From Albugo candida (Eukaryota), in NCBI GenBank assembly GCA_040437565.1, contig JBDOQK010000053.1:62001-126000 (forward strand): 64,000 nt of DNA. The letters run 5' to 3'. Shown here one piece after another: positions 44,959 to 56,875 of the stretch. The position numbers and the translations under genes are program-made. Each line of letters starts with the position of its first letter. Position 1 is the first letter of the stretch. A model generated the notes under the pieces. That model was not told the DNA's origin and ran no database searches. It saw nothing but the letters and a program-made list of their open reading frames with translations.

Positions 44959-46252
44959 ATGGAAGCTCTGAGCGCATTCTTTCAAAATTTGAGACGTTAT
45001 TCATACCGGTATTGCGCCTTCAAGTTGAACTCATTTATACGCATGAGGTTTTTCAGCAAGCCTAAACCTCTCTCTAATTCGAGTAAGCACGGTGCTGCTG
45101 CCAGCATGAAAAGTTTTGTCGCCAGTACAAAGCGCCAGCTTCGATCACCTAATTTCGGGTCTCCTGAGCTGTGCTACGACGTAGATCTGAGTAAATTGTA
45201 CGCTTATTCGTAGTCCATATTTATCGTGAGTCACGTATTGCGCGTAGACATTCTGCATTACGGCAAACTTTTGTGCAGCTGGATGTCGATCAAGAAACGT
45301 GCGAGTTCTTACACGTATTGTTATCAGTTATTTGTCAAAAGCGAATTAAGTTAAAAAAAACGACTCAGGGTTGTAATGGAGGCGGCGTGTTTGATTGGAT
45401 CGCTTCGGTTACGCTGGGGATTTTCTACGGCACCACGGATTTGAACGGAATGCTTCGTCGTGAGAACCGCTGTAAATTCTGTGGATTCTTTTGTTGTAAC
45501 GAACACAGGTGGCCAGATGTTTGTTCTTTCGAAATCGCAATTACGCAAACTGCTTCAATGTAAAGAGCCAATCGATGGAACATTGCTCGACATTGGGGCC
45601 GGTGATGGCAACATAACAGAACGGTTACAAACGTGCGTGAAGAATGTAATTACGACCGAGATATCACGTCCAATGGTGGCGCGTCTGAAAGCTCATGGAT
45701 TTCGTTGCGTTAAAACAGCTGATCTCAATCATAGTGCTATCGAGGCAGAAAAGCCGTTTCATCTCATTAGGTGAATGGTCATCAATACGTATTTGACACA
45801 ACATACTCACTCTTATTTTTAGTATGATGAACGTTTTAGATCGAGCAGATCACCCTGCCACCATGTTACGTCACATTAAAACCTTACTTGAGCCTGATTT
45901 TGTAGGTCTGCTTGACGCGAGTATTACTCGCTACGACTAATTGTTGCTGCAGGGAAGGTTACTCTTAGCTGTTGTGCTCCCATTTCATGCAAGTGTCGAG
46001 TCAGGTACCAGGTGGATGACTCCCAACGAACAGCTCCCAATGAGGGGAGGTTTATGTATACAAGGTGCAGGTTTCGAACAAGCTGCAAACGTGCTTTATG
46101 AAAACGTGTTATTACCTTTGGGGTTTGAGGTTGTTCGATTCAGTAGAGTGCCCTATTTGTCTCGTGGCGATATATTTCAATCTTTCCATACGTTATCGGA
46201 TGCGATTTTCGTGCTCCGCCTAGCAACAGGGTGCTCCTCTACTACTTTATAA
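44959..46252 (+). CDS. METTL9: METTL9/DREV protein-histidine methyltransferase, multi-exon
   Basis: TDLNGML, GQMFVLS, LLDIGAGDG, TEIS, NVLDR, LAVVLPF, RVPYLSRGD, LSDAIFVL. Confidence 0.85.
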
Positions 46253-46675
46253 GCTCTAAAATCGCACGCAGCCGGTTTTCCGAGTTCGTTTCTTTTTCTT
46301 TATTCTTAGTGTAAAAGCATCAACGGCATTTCTTCTTTTCCTACAACGTCATTCCAACAAGGTAACCAAATAGTACGTGTCAAGGTAAGGAGAGGCTTGT
46401 CTTCAGCATGTCCTCTTCGACTCGACTCTACCTTTGAGAGATTTAATACGTAAAGAAACATAAAGACGCGATGGGTATTTACCCTCCAATGAGATCACCC
46501 AAGTTTTAAATTGCAAGATATGACAGCTGTAATGACTACTTGATTTCCGAATTGGCTTGAGAACGACTTGACTTTTCACATAACAGTCTTTACAAAGTTA
46601 CTTTTCCTCCGTACTCGTTCACGTTTCGCAGAGCTATCACTACCAAAGTAGCAGCTCAGTAACATCCATAGAGTA

Positions 46676-47565
46676 ATGCAATCAAGTGTGCGCAGCGAAT
46701 CAGATCACAAATCTGAGACCAGTAAGAGATGTTTGTCAATGTCGGGGCGAAAAGCTATCAGAAATGCAACGAGTGTGGATAAAAAACCTCGAAACTCGCT
46801 ATGTGTACGATTTGGTAGTGCTCATCTAATTGAATTCGAGCCTACAATTCATTGCGGGGGTGTCGCGTCGGACGGTGTACCAATCGGAATGTCCAACAAA
46901 GTACGCTGTCAAGCGCGATATAGTATTGATTTATGGGAATATCAACGAGTGTGGAGGTAAGTGATTTGCAATTCATCTACTTGTGCATCTAATGAAATAG
47001 TAATTGTAGTCGAGTAACCCGTGAAAACTTTATGGAGAACGGATACTTGGAACCAGAAGAGCGTATCAGCATTTTATTTGAAGCCGGTTTTTCCGAAGAA
47101 GAGATTGATCAGAAGATGGAGGAAACGAATCGGTACAATGAACACCGATGGGAATCCAACGAGTACGACATGCGTTACCATCGGTATTCGTGTCCAACGC
47201 CGGATTCAGAGGATGGGAGTTACAGCAAAAGCAAAAGTGAACTTAACGTTAACCATACAGAAGTGATACATTCGCGCGACAAGACACAAGAAAACGACGT
47301 ATTTCAATACGGCGATCCAGCCGACTTTCAATGCACTTTGGAGAACATGCGACTATACGACAGGGAGCGTATAGTAGACGAAGAGGACTGTTTTCATTTC
47401 AATCGAAGAGATTTGATGGAAATGTTTGATACAAAGTTATTCGAGCCTGGATGCATCAAGTTGGATACGAAAGACCGGATAACGACTCAGACATGTACAA
47501 TGGCGTGCCCAATGAGCCTGCAAAATCACACATCTGTGGACGCCGCGATCGTGGTGGCAGTTTAA
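46676..47565 (+). CDS. Unknown protein with CSRNP-N-like motif (2 exons)
   Basis: VRFGSAHLIEFEP..GGVASDGVPIGMS...LEPEERISILFEAG. Confidence 0.5.
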
Positions 47566-47615
47566 AATCAAATACCGAGTGTAGACGGTATTATACCGAT
47601 ATTGTAACAGGAAGT

Positions 47616-48153
47616 ATGGCGCCGAAAGTCTCATCGAACAAGCTTTCTTTCCAAGAGTTACAACGATTGAGTGCGAAAAAGACTGAAGTGTATGGATTTG
47701 CCACATGGCTCGCATCTGCACTTTTCTTCAGTACATGCTAGACTATTTCCATTGTATCTATGTATCTCTTAAAATGGCATTTTGTGCTTAGTAATTTACT
47801 TGATTTGGGCCTATGTTCCTGATGCGATTTTGGAGTCTTACGGCGTCACGTACTATCCGTCCAAGAAATGGGCAGTTGCTATCCCAGCAATGATTGTCGC
47901 GACATACTTGTTTTCTCTTGCGGCGTATCAGTCTCTGAATTGGATGTCAACGCCTCCATCTGATTCCTTTGCGACTTTGTATGGTACGTGAGGCTACCTT
48001 CAAATATTAAATAAAGTGTTTGAGTACGCCCATGTAGATGTATACTCGATGGAGTATACAGTGGATGCCACAGACATCAACGCGACTCGGACTGCCACGC
48101 CGCCCATTGCCGATTTGTCAATATTAGATTTAAATTCTCGCATTTTTCACTGA
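47616..48153 (+). CDS. PIGP: GPI-GlcNAc transferase subunit PIG-P (3 exons)
   Basis: EVYGFATW..YLIWAYVPD..GVTYYPSKKWAVAIP; PPIADL. Confidence 0.88.
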
Positions 48154-48339
48154 GTGCGGGCGTTCTGATTCTCATATGTGACTCAGAGTCAGATAGAAGA
48201 CTTCTGACCTAATCTGAATTATGACACACAATGTAAAGACAGTATACCTGATTCAAGCTATCATTCCAGGAACATCGCTAGACCACACAAAACGAACGTA
48301 ACGGGAATCAACTCCCTTCTGATATTCAAAAAGGGGACA

Positions 48340-48760
48340 ATGGCAAGAACGAACCCACCGCGTATCAAATCAAACAGTACACTGAGTGCGATTTGGAACG
48401 ACTTCAATCACCAGTACCGAAAAGAGACGCCAAAACAACTACAGCTTTTGGACGGATTCCTAGCATATGTTCTCGCCACAGGAATCTTGCAATTTGTGTA
48501 CTGCGTGCTTGTGGGCAATTTCCCTTTCAATTCATTTCTTTCAGGCTTTATCTGCACTGTGGGAGTCTTCGTTCTGACCGGTACGTACGTCGTTTTTGGC
48601 TGCGTTCATAGACGCGTGAAACGCTCTTCGTTTAGTTTCGCTTCGGATGCAAGTGGATCCGACCAACGAATTTGTTGATCGGACAGAACAACGCGCGTTT
48701 GCCGATTATCTGTTTTGTAACTTGATTCTATTCCTTGTGGTATTCAATTTCATGGGTTGA
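48340..48760 (+). CDS. DAD1: Oligosaccharyltransferase subunit DAD1/Ost2 (2 exons)
   Basis: TPKQLQLLD..GILQFVYCVLVGNFPFNSFLSGFICTVG|SLRMQV..RAFADY..NFMG. Confidence 0.95.
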
Positions 48761-49714
48761 GTCATGAGTAAAAGCTGCAAAGTAATACATTTCTCTGCAG
48801 AAATATAAAGTTTGAGGCACGTCAATTTGTTCCGAATTAATAACGTAAATAGAACATTACATGACGCGATCGAAAGTGTTAGTGAGTATCGAAAGAGAAA
48901 GTCGCAAGTTGCTAGCTCATTGGACATCAAAATAAGAAGAGATATGGATTCTAATATGGAGAGTCTGCGCATAAGCATTTTAGTATTTTGATTTAACTGT
49001 ACGGCTTCGTTAGGTACCGAGTACACTTTGGAGGGTACATTCTACTTGCGAGGAAAATATTGCTTCTATATACATTTACAAAGGCTATCATATGCACGAT
49101 TTCTTCAGAACCCTACCTCGCCGTGTGCTAAAATGCATTCCCCTCGCAACAAAATGAGCTNNNNNNNNNNNNNNNNNNNNNNNNNNNNNNNNNNNNNNNN
49201 NNNNNNNNNNNNNNNNNNNNNNNNNNNNNNNNNNNNNNNNNNNNNNNNNNNNNNNNNNNNGATGAACCACCAAACTACCGTACTATTCAGTAACTCTTGT
49301 AACTTTATAGTCCCTCTTTTGCCAATAAAACGAGTTTGCTGCTGCGTTCATATACCCTTACTACATCAGCATTAAGTGCGTCATGTTGTGCACCATTGTC
49401 TGAACAGGTTACTGGGGCAAAACCACTTAACTCCCCAGTGCCCCTCTTCACACTTTATGATATCACACTTTTTCTTTTCACCAGAAAGATCCACGCATAC
49501 TTACTGTACTTGAAACAAACACATCGAGTCTTTGGAAGAATTTATACGATCGCTTCTATAATCATTGTGATAAACACGCGGTTTTTCTACGACCACAACG
49601 TTTCAAGATTCAGTATACTAATTACACACTGTGTTCGTCTCACGTGCGCGCGTGTGGACATCGTCACTTTGTTATAATATCGTTTGTTTGGGACAGTACA
49701 TTCTTAATCATACA

Positions 49715-50302
49715 ATGGAAATTGCCGGAAACGTACGCGACTTTTTGGTAGGAATGAAAGAAAATATAAGTCCGATCGAAGAAGAAATATTATGCGATTT
49801 GCAACAGCTACACGAATTATTCAGCAAGAATATGACTGGCTTTGACGAAGAAGTATCTCAGAACGCACTTAATATGAGCCCTGAAGCACGAATCGTAGCG
49901 CACCAATTACGCGTGCGAATTTATCAGGATTGGCGCTCCAAGCTGATGGAGTGCGTCTTCAGTTCCGAACTCGAGACGCCATTGGACGATATTAGAATAA
50001 ATGGAGGTCATCTCAACAGCACGGAAATGTGTCAGCACTCGTCCGTCTTACGACGATTTACGAGAACAACGTGTAAAGCTATGGTGAATACCATTAAAGA
50101 CAGATTAGCTCTTTACAAGGTCGTGACCGATCATTACATTCATGTCAGCATACAGACAAAAGGGAGACCGATATTAACACCAATGATGCTAAGCCCGACT
50201 TCTTTACATCAGCGAATGATGGAACAGATGAAAGGATTGAATGTGAATGAGGCGGCAGATATCAATTTTGTGATCCCTGATTTCCTCTGTGGATTTTCAT
50301 GA
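49715..50302 (+). CDS. Hypothetical protein, start uncertain
   Basis: 195-aa ORF with no recognised motif. Confidence 0.45.
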   Translation: MEIAGNVRDFLVGMKENISPIEEEILCDLQQLHELFSKNMTGFDEEVSQNALNMSPEARIVAHQLRVRIYQDWRSKLMECVFSSELETPLDDIRINGGHLNSTEMCQHSSVLRRFTRTTCKAMVNTIKDRLALYKVVTDHYIHVSIQTKGRPILTPMMLSPTSLHQRMMEQMKGLNVNEAADINFVIPDFLCGFS

Positions 50303-51050
50303 CTGTACGTTTATTCCGACCTCTACCGATATCAAAAGTATGAAATTGGTGTCACAACGCACGCAATAAGCGTATTACTTGGAACGCTTATGAACCCAAC
50401 TCGCTCACCATGCATTATATTTCTTAAAGAACTTATAAATAATTAAACTCGCGCTTATATTGGTCGTGTCTTTTAGTGTTACCACACTACTTTATTGTTC
50501 ATGGTGCGGCATCGATTTTTGACATGTTTGGTTCCTATTCTCACGATTCTTGCGTCAGGCTGCGGATCGATTTAACGTCAATCGGCAATGGGAGCATTTG
50601 CAGGCGAAATATGTAGGAACCGGACATGCAGACACAACAAAATTGTGAGTATTGCGCACGTACATTGCGCCATTGCGCATTTGATTAATTAGTGCTGAAA
50701 AACAGCGAATGGGCATTGAATCAGCATCGAGATACATTGGCGTCTCACATTGGTCACGCCGACATGCTTCTCTACTTTGCAGTGGCTGAAAATGAATCGA
50801 TCGCGCGCGTACGATACAACATGTTGGAGGTGACCACGTTATTTTGGGATTTATAGTATTGTGATTTAACACGGTCTCTCCCTTTTAGCGCATGCTACAA
50901 CCGTGTGGCCCTCCACCTCAAAAAGAAGACGAATAGGGATCGAAATAGAGGCCCATTGGAGTGCCTACTTACTATTAGGCTTAAATAATGTATCCACATA
51001 ATCATTGATCACATTCTACTGTCTCGAACAAAAGTTTCAAACCCGTCCTT

Positions 51051-52170
51051 ATGCGTTTTCGTCCATGTATCGACATCCACGCGGGTCAGGTGAAACAGAT
51101 TGTCGGCTCTACGCTTCAAGACAAAGATACAGAATCGATTGTAACCAACTTCACTTCCGCACTGAATGCTGAAACATATGCAAAGTCGAGACCTCTTCTT
51201 CACATTCTTATTGGACAAAATGTCTCAAACCTGCATTTTGATTCGTAGAATGTATCAAGATGATCATTTGTATGGCGGTCACGTGATTATGCTTGGAAAT
51301 GACATTGCGACGCAAATGGAAGCTAAAAAAGCACTACAGGCGTACCCAAATGGTCTCCAAATCGGAGGTACCGTCGAAATATCCACCCACAAACCTCTCA
51401 TTCTCAATTCTAGGCGGAATTAATGACCAAAATTGCCAGGAATTCCTTCAATATGGCGCCAGTCACGTCATTGTCACTTCTTTCATGTTTCAGCACGGCC
51501 GAATCGACTTGGAGCGCTTACGTTCGCTTAAAAATCTAGTCGGAAAAGAGCATTTGGTCAGGACTTAACCTTACGTTCGACGCCTTCCGCTGATAAGAAA
51601 TGACAGGTCTTGGATTTGAGCTGTCGGAAAAAACAAGACGGTAGATTCTACGTCATGATGAATCGCTGGCAGACGTTCACCGATACCACGATCGAGTAAG
51701 CCACCGATTGCCGCTCATTCGATTTTCGTTTCTCAGTTGCGTTCAGCGAAAAGCTTTTGGTGAGTTTGGCGGAGTATTGTGATGAGTTTCTGGTGCACGC
51801 TGTGGATGTGGAAGGCAAGTTGTGTGGGATTCAGGAAGAGCTGGTAGAATTGCTTGCGTGTTACAGCCCAATTCCAGTCACGTACGCTGGTGGAGCACGA
51901 TCACTGGTACGCAGACCGTTTGTGATAGAGCATACTTTTGATTCATTTATAGAGAGATATGGAGCTGGTCGATCGTGTCGGAATGGGCAAGGTATTTTGT
52001 CGGCAATTTGCATTGAAGCGTTTTTCTCAACGATGGTGTAGATTGATATGTCGATAGGCAGTGCTTTGGATATCTTTGGGGGAATGCTATCGTATCGCGA
52101 GGTTGTCAATTGGAAGTCATCGGAAACGCATACAATGGAGTCTGAGAAGCAAGTTGCATGTTCTAATTGA
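51051..52170 (+). CDS. HIS6: ProFAR isomerase, eukaryotic HIS6/HisA type, multi-exon
   Basis: [65 protein letters not shown]. Confidence 0.93.
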
Positions 52171-52292
52171 CCTTAAAGTAGGACCGCTGCAGAGAATACT
52201 TTTCGAGAATGGATCCTATTTTCAGACTTTTCCACACTATTTGTTAAGCAGGGGTTCCTTGCATGGGCTACTCTTCTCACTCGAGCGAATCG

Positions 52293-53119
52293 CTACGAGA
52301 ACGCCGGAGAAGTGATATTTTCTTCAAGATGCAATATCGATTGTGCAAAGTCTTCCAATTGAGCGACTTTGATGGGGTGTTCGACCTCTTTGGCTATAGG
52401 CTCTGGATACAAAAATGACTTTTGTGTGTTCAATTTCCAGCCGATCTGGTGGCAAACTAATCACACAATCAGAAGCTTGTTCCGGACATAAGTATGCGTT
52501 TCTTACACGCTTGAAAATCAGCATTTACGAAAGAGAAGCCAAGCATTTGGGCGGCCAATTGGATATCTATCGATAAGTACGTTTCACGGATCGATTGAAT
52601 CACTCGATCACGTAAGACTCCACGTAAACATGCGATGATTGGCTGGAAATCCGTTCTCCACGCTGTTTGCTCAATAATCAAGTACGTTTCTGCCATTTTC
52701 CTACTTATCCATAAAATGCAATCAGACGTGTCCAGAAATAATGTGTCACCAAACCTCATTTGTAGCGCTTTGAAAATGGCATGCAGCGCCAGGATCTCAG
52801 TATGGAGCTTTAACGCGTGCGATAAGCGTTTCCAGAGATATCGTGCGTCATCACTGCCATTGGAAACACTCAGAAAACGGCTTTGGCGCAGAAACGAATC
52901 ACATTACAGATTTCCACTGATTAGGATAACTGCCAAAAGTGTGGAGTAAAAATCATGCGTTAGAGGATGCGAATCGTTGGGATTCGCAGCGAGTACCCTC
53001 AGTTCGATATCCTCCATCACGTGCTTGAGTTTCTTTGCTGTGGAATTGCGATTTTGAAGCGGTTGATCGCTTAAAAGCGACGCAGTGAGTTCTTTCTTAG
53101 CGCTTTGGAGTACGTCCAT
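52293..53119 (-). CDS. CSN8: COP9 signalosome subunit 8-like, multi-exon
   Basis: ARYLWKR, IRETYLSI..AQMLG, GW, QLEDFAQSILHLE. Confidence 0.72.
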
Positions 53120-53729
53120 GAGAAACCGGTATGTACCGACGGATACCGTTTTGACGGAAATGGATNNNNNNNNNNNNNNNNNNNNNNNNNNNNNNNNNNN
53201 NNNNNNNNNNNNNNNNNNNNNNNNNNNNNNNNNNNNNNNNNNNNNNNNNNNNNNNNNNNNNNNNNACCGACGGATACCGTTTTGCCGTAAATGGATCAAA
53301 AGGCCCAGAGTTCATTCCAACTCGCCCAGCGCCATTCATGCATATCCTATCCGCGGCACAGACCCTACATTGGTGTAGTATTCTGCATAAGACCCTGTGC
53401 ATGCAGTTCTGGTGGCAAACGTTGCTTTTCTAGAGTAGGAGTATTGGAAATTGCCTAGTAAAGATTCGAATACAAAGCCGCAATTACATTGCCATTGAAT
53501 CATTTTTGCAGTAACGCTATTCCTCCACACTACAAGTATGCCTCATCTCACTCAAAACAGTATGCAGTTCGCCTTAATCGACTTTACTAACCGCACAATA
53601 GTCATCCAAGATAAAGCTTGCAAATACCCTTCCTATTCTATTGTTCACCACACTAATCCTATTATATGACCCAACGCTATTCTAGGCAAACCCCGCGAAT
53701 AGCTTTACGTTTTCCCGCCAAATCTCATA

Positions 53730-56582
53730 ATGGACTCCGAACACAACGCCGGCGCCATGCCGACCCAAAATCTCACGACAGCTGCAATACCTCCACCACT
53801 CCCACCCAATCCAACCATCCTCACCAGTCCTCTCCGCAAACCTCAGGAAACGGCACAATCGCCACATCCACGCTCCAGTCCAAATCGCTTGTGTCTCAAT
53901 CGAAATGAAGCCAATTTGGAGAAAATGGTCCGTAAAAACATTCGAAATGCGACAGGAAAAGCCTCTTTGAAGCGCGGTTTAGCTGTCGTTGAGTACTTTA
54001 AATCCAAACAGTTGCAAGAAAACGACTCGGAATCTGAAAGAGCAAAGAAAATCGCAAATAACAATCAACTTCCTCTCTTCGCATCGCCGACACGTTCTCC
54101 GCATCGAAAACGCATGCAATCGTATCGCTCGCCGCATCACACAAACACTTTAAACAACAATTTACGCGGAGAAAAAGCCTCTCAATGCGGATCTCTCACA
54201 GCGCGTCTTCTGTCTCCCGTCCGAAGCAAACCGCCAACTCCGCGCATCGACAACCCATACGACCTCAACGTCGCCAGAATGGTCAATCCGCATCCTCCAA
54301 AAGCAGAAATGCATCCTCCAAAAGCAGAAATGCATCCTCCAAAAGCAGAAACTCTCACTGAAACCAAATCGAAATCGCCTTTCCAATCGTTTCAGAAACT
54401 CGCGCCAATGCATTCGAAACCTTTGAAATCGTCTCATCAACCAATGCAACCGCCTTCCCCGCGCACACAATCGCCTCCTCAACCGATGCAGCCGCCTCCC
54501 ACTCCCACAGAAGCGCCCCCCGTGACGGTATCCACCGATTCCATCGCTTCCAAATCGATGTGTTTCGCATTAGAAAGCCCGGCAACGTGTATCGACGTGA
54601 CACCCGATGGTCAAATTCTGATTGTCGCATTCGAAGACGGATCCATTCGTCTCTTCGATATGGACAGTTCTATCTCAAGTGATCGATTCGGCTACCTGTT
54701 AGGCCATTTTGAAGCATGTGATACCGATGCGGAGGCTTCCAGTACCAATTTCTATGGAACGATGCAATTACGCATAAAAATCTCATCCGACGGACAATTT
54801 CTCTTTGTAGGGAGTCGTGTTGGACCGCGAATGATCTTAGCGATCAATCTCCAAGATTTTCGGAACGGTATGTTCATTGAAATTCCCATCCAACGCAACT
54901 CATTTCTGTGGCAGAGGAAGAGGAACAAGCAAAATTTTCTCATTCGAATGGGAAATTTCGCGTACGTTACGTTGTCATTCACTCACACACACACTCCGTT
55001 CTACTTGTAGGGCTTTGCCGACGTCGCGAACGGCCTGGAAACCAATTCATATTTGCTGTTGACCGGTTTGGGCGTTCAAACATTTCATCTTTGGCAATTC
55101 CAAGCGCCGTCCTCTGACTCGAAGGAAGGCTGGCAATATCTCACGAGTTTCAGTAGCAATGGGAATCGTGCGCTTTCAGCGTGTTTCTTCCCGTCAAATG
55201 ATTCCCACACCTTTGCATTTGCGTCTCATTGCGAAGAAAAAAATGTTCAAATTTGGTGCAATTATATCCGAAAAAAATCTGAAATGCCGCGGGAAACTTT
55301 ACTGAAAATGACATCAAAAACGTGCGGGAAATGGAGTCTCGATACCATTCGACACGATATTCCCAACACGCGTAACGTATTAACTCTCTGTGGAAGCTTT
55401 GCGTACGCCGTACATCCGAATAACGAGCAAATTTCACAATTTCAATTGGAAAATCCGTCCGATGTCACATGCAATTATTTCGAAATTGAGAAATTTTCAG
55501 CGGGAAAATCACGTCGCTCGAGTGTGCTTTTGACACATATATCCGCAAGCAAAGACGGACGATATATTGCAGCAATTTCATCGGATGGGATTCTGTACGG
55601 CACAGCATACAACACAACAAAATGGAAGGACAGAACGCTTCAAATTGCCGGACGTTTGGATGGGAAATCGAATCCTTTGCACGTGTACACGCCGTCAGGA
55701 TCATGCGGCATGCTTGCAATCCTCGCGAATCGCGATTCCGGGTGTCTTATGATCGATCCCGTGCATGCGATTCTCCAGCGATACGGCCAATTAAGCAATT
55801 TCTCAGCTTCGTTCAAATGTTCCGTGTGTCACGTTCCGAACGCGCGCCATTGGAATTGGAATCCATCGAAATCGAATGAGTCTTCCGGCCACACTGTCGT
55901 CAAACAAAAACGTATTCGCGTGGAAACGGAAACGAATACGAATGCAATTGCGTCGGAATTGGAAATGTACAAACAGCGATACAATCAAATTGTCACCGAA
56001 TGGCAAAGACGACTCAAAGGCGAGCGTCAAATGCGTCGGCTATTCAAATCGCGCGAACAGGAATTCCGCGAGCAATTGAGTGTCGCATTACAACGTGCCG
56101 ATACATTGGAAGCGGACATTGCGAAATTGCAGCAGGAAAATGCACAAAAGGAGACGAAATGCCAAATGGAAGAAACGGAAAAACAGCAACGCGCTAACGT
56201 AAAGGCTCAATATCGCATTTTGTGCACGCAATTACAAGTCCAATTGACCGATGTGAAGGAGCAAAAGCGTACGTTGGAAAAGACAACACGAACGATGTTG
56301 GAAGAGATGGAACGATACGTTTCGGCGTCGCACGAACGGTATCAATCGATTGGGAAGAGCGCCGAGTGTGTCGTATGTCGAGAGAAGGAAGCGGTAATGG
56401 CAATTGTTCCATGCGGTCATTTGTGTTTTTGCGAAAATGACGGCAAACGATACCAAAGAGAAGCGTTTGTGGGAAATGTGAGTTCCGACACAATGATTTC
56501 GATTTCAGAAGGAATTTCCAATGAGAGAATTGGATGTCCGATTTGTCAGAAAGAAATCATTGCATTATTACGAGTGTATTGA
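53730..56582 (+). CDS. Pro-rich + WD40-like + coiled-coil + C-terminal RING (C3HC4) protein
   Basis: DVTPDGQILIVAFEDGSIRLFD; long coiled coil; CVVC..VPCGHLCFC..CPIC. Confidence 0.75.
54290..54351 (+). repeat. 21-bp coding tandem repeat x3 (HPPKAEM)
   Basis: GCATCCTCCAAAAGCAGAAAT units. Confidence 0.9.
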
Positions 56583-56875
56583 TTTCTCAGTCGGAATACA
56601 CGCCGGGAGCCAATGTGACGGATTCCAATGCGATTCGGACCGCACCAATCGCAAAGACATTACGGGAGACAGCCTGATGTTTNNNNNNNNNNNNNNNNNN
56701 NNNNNNNNNNNNNNNNNNNNNNNNNNNNNNNNNNNNNNNNNNNNNNNNNNNNNNNNNNNNNNNNNNNNNNNNNNNNNNNNNNTGATTTCGATTTCAGAAG
56801 GAATTTCCAATGAGAGAATTGGATGTCCGATTTGTCAGAAAGAAATCATTGCATTATTACGAGTGTATTGATTTC

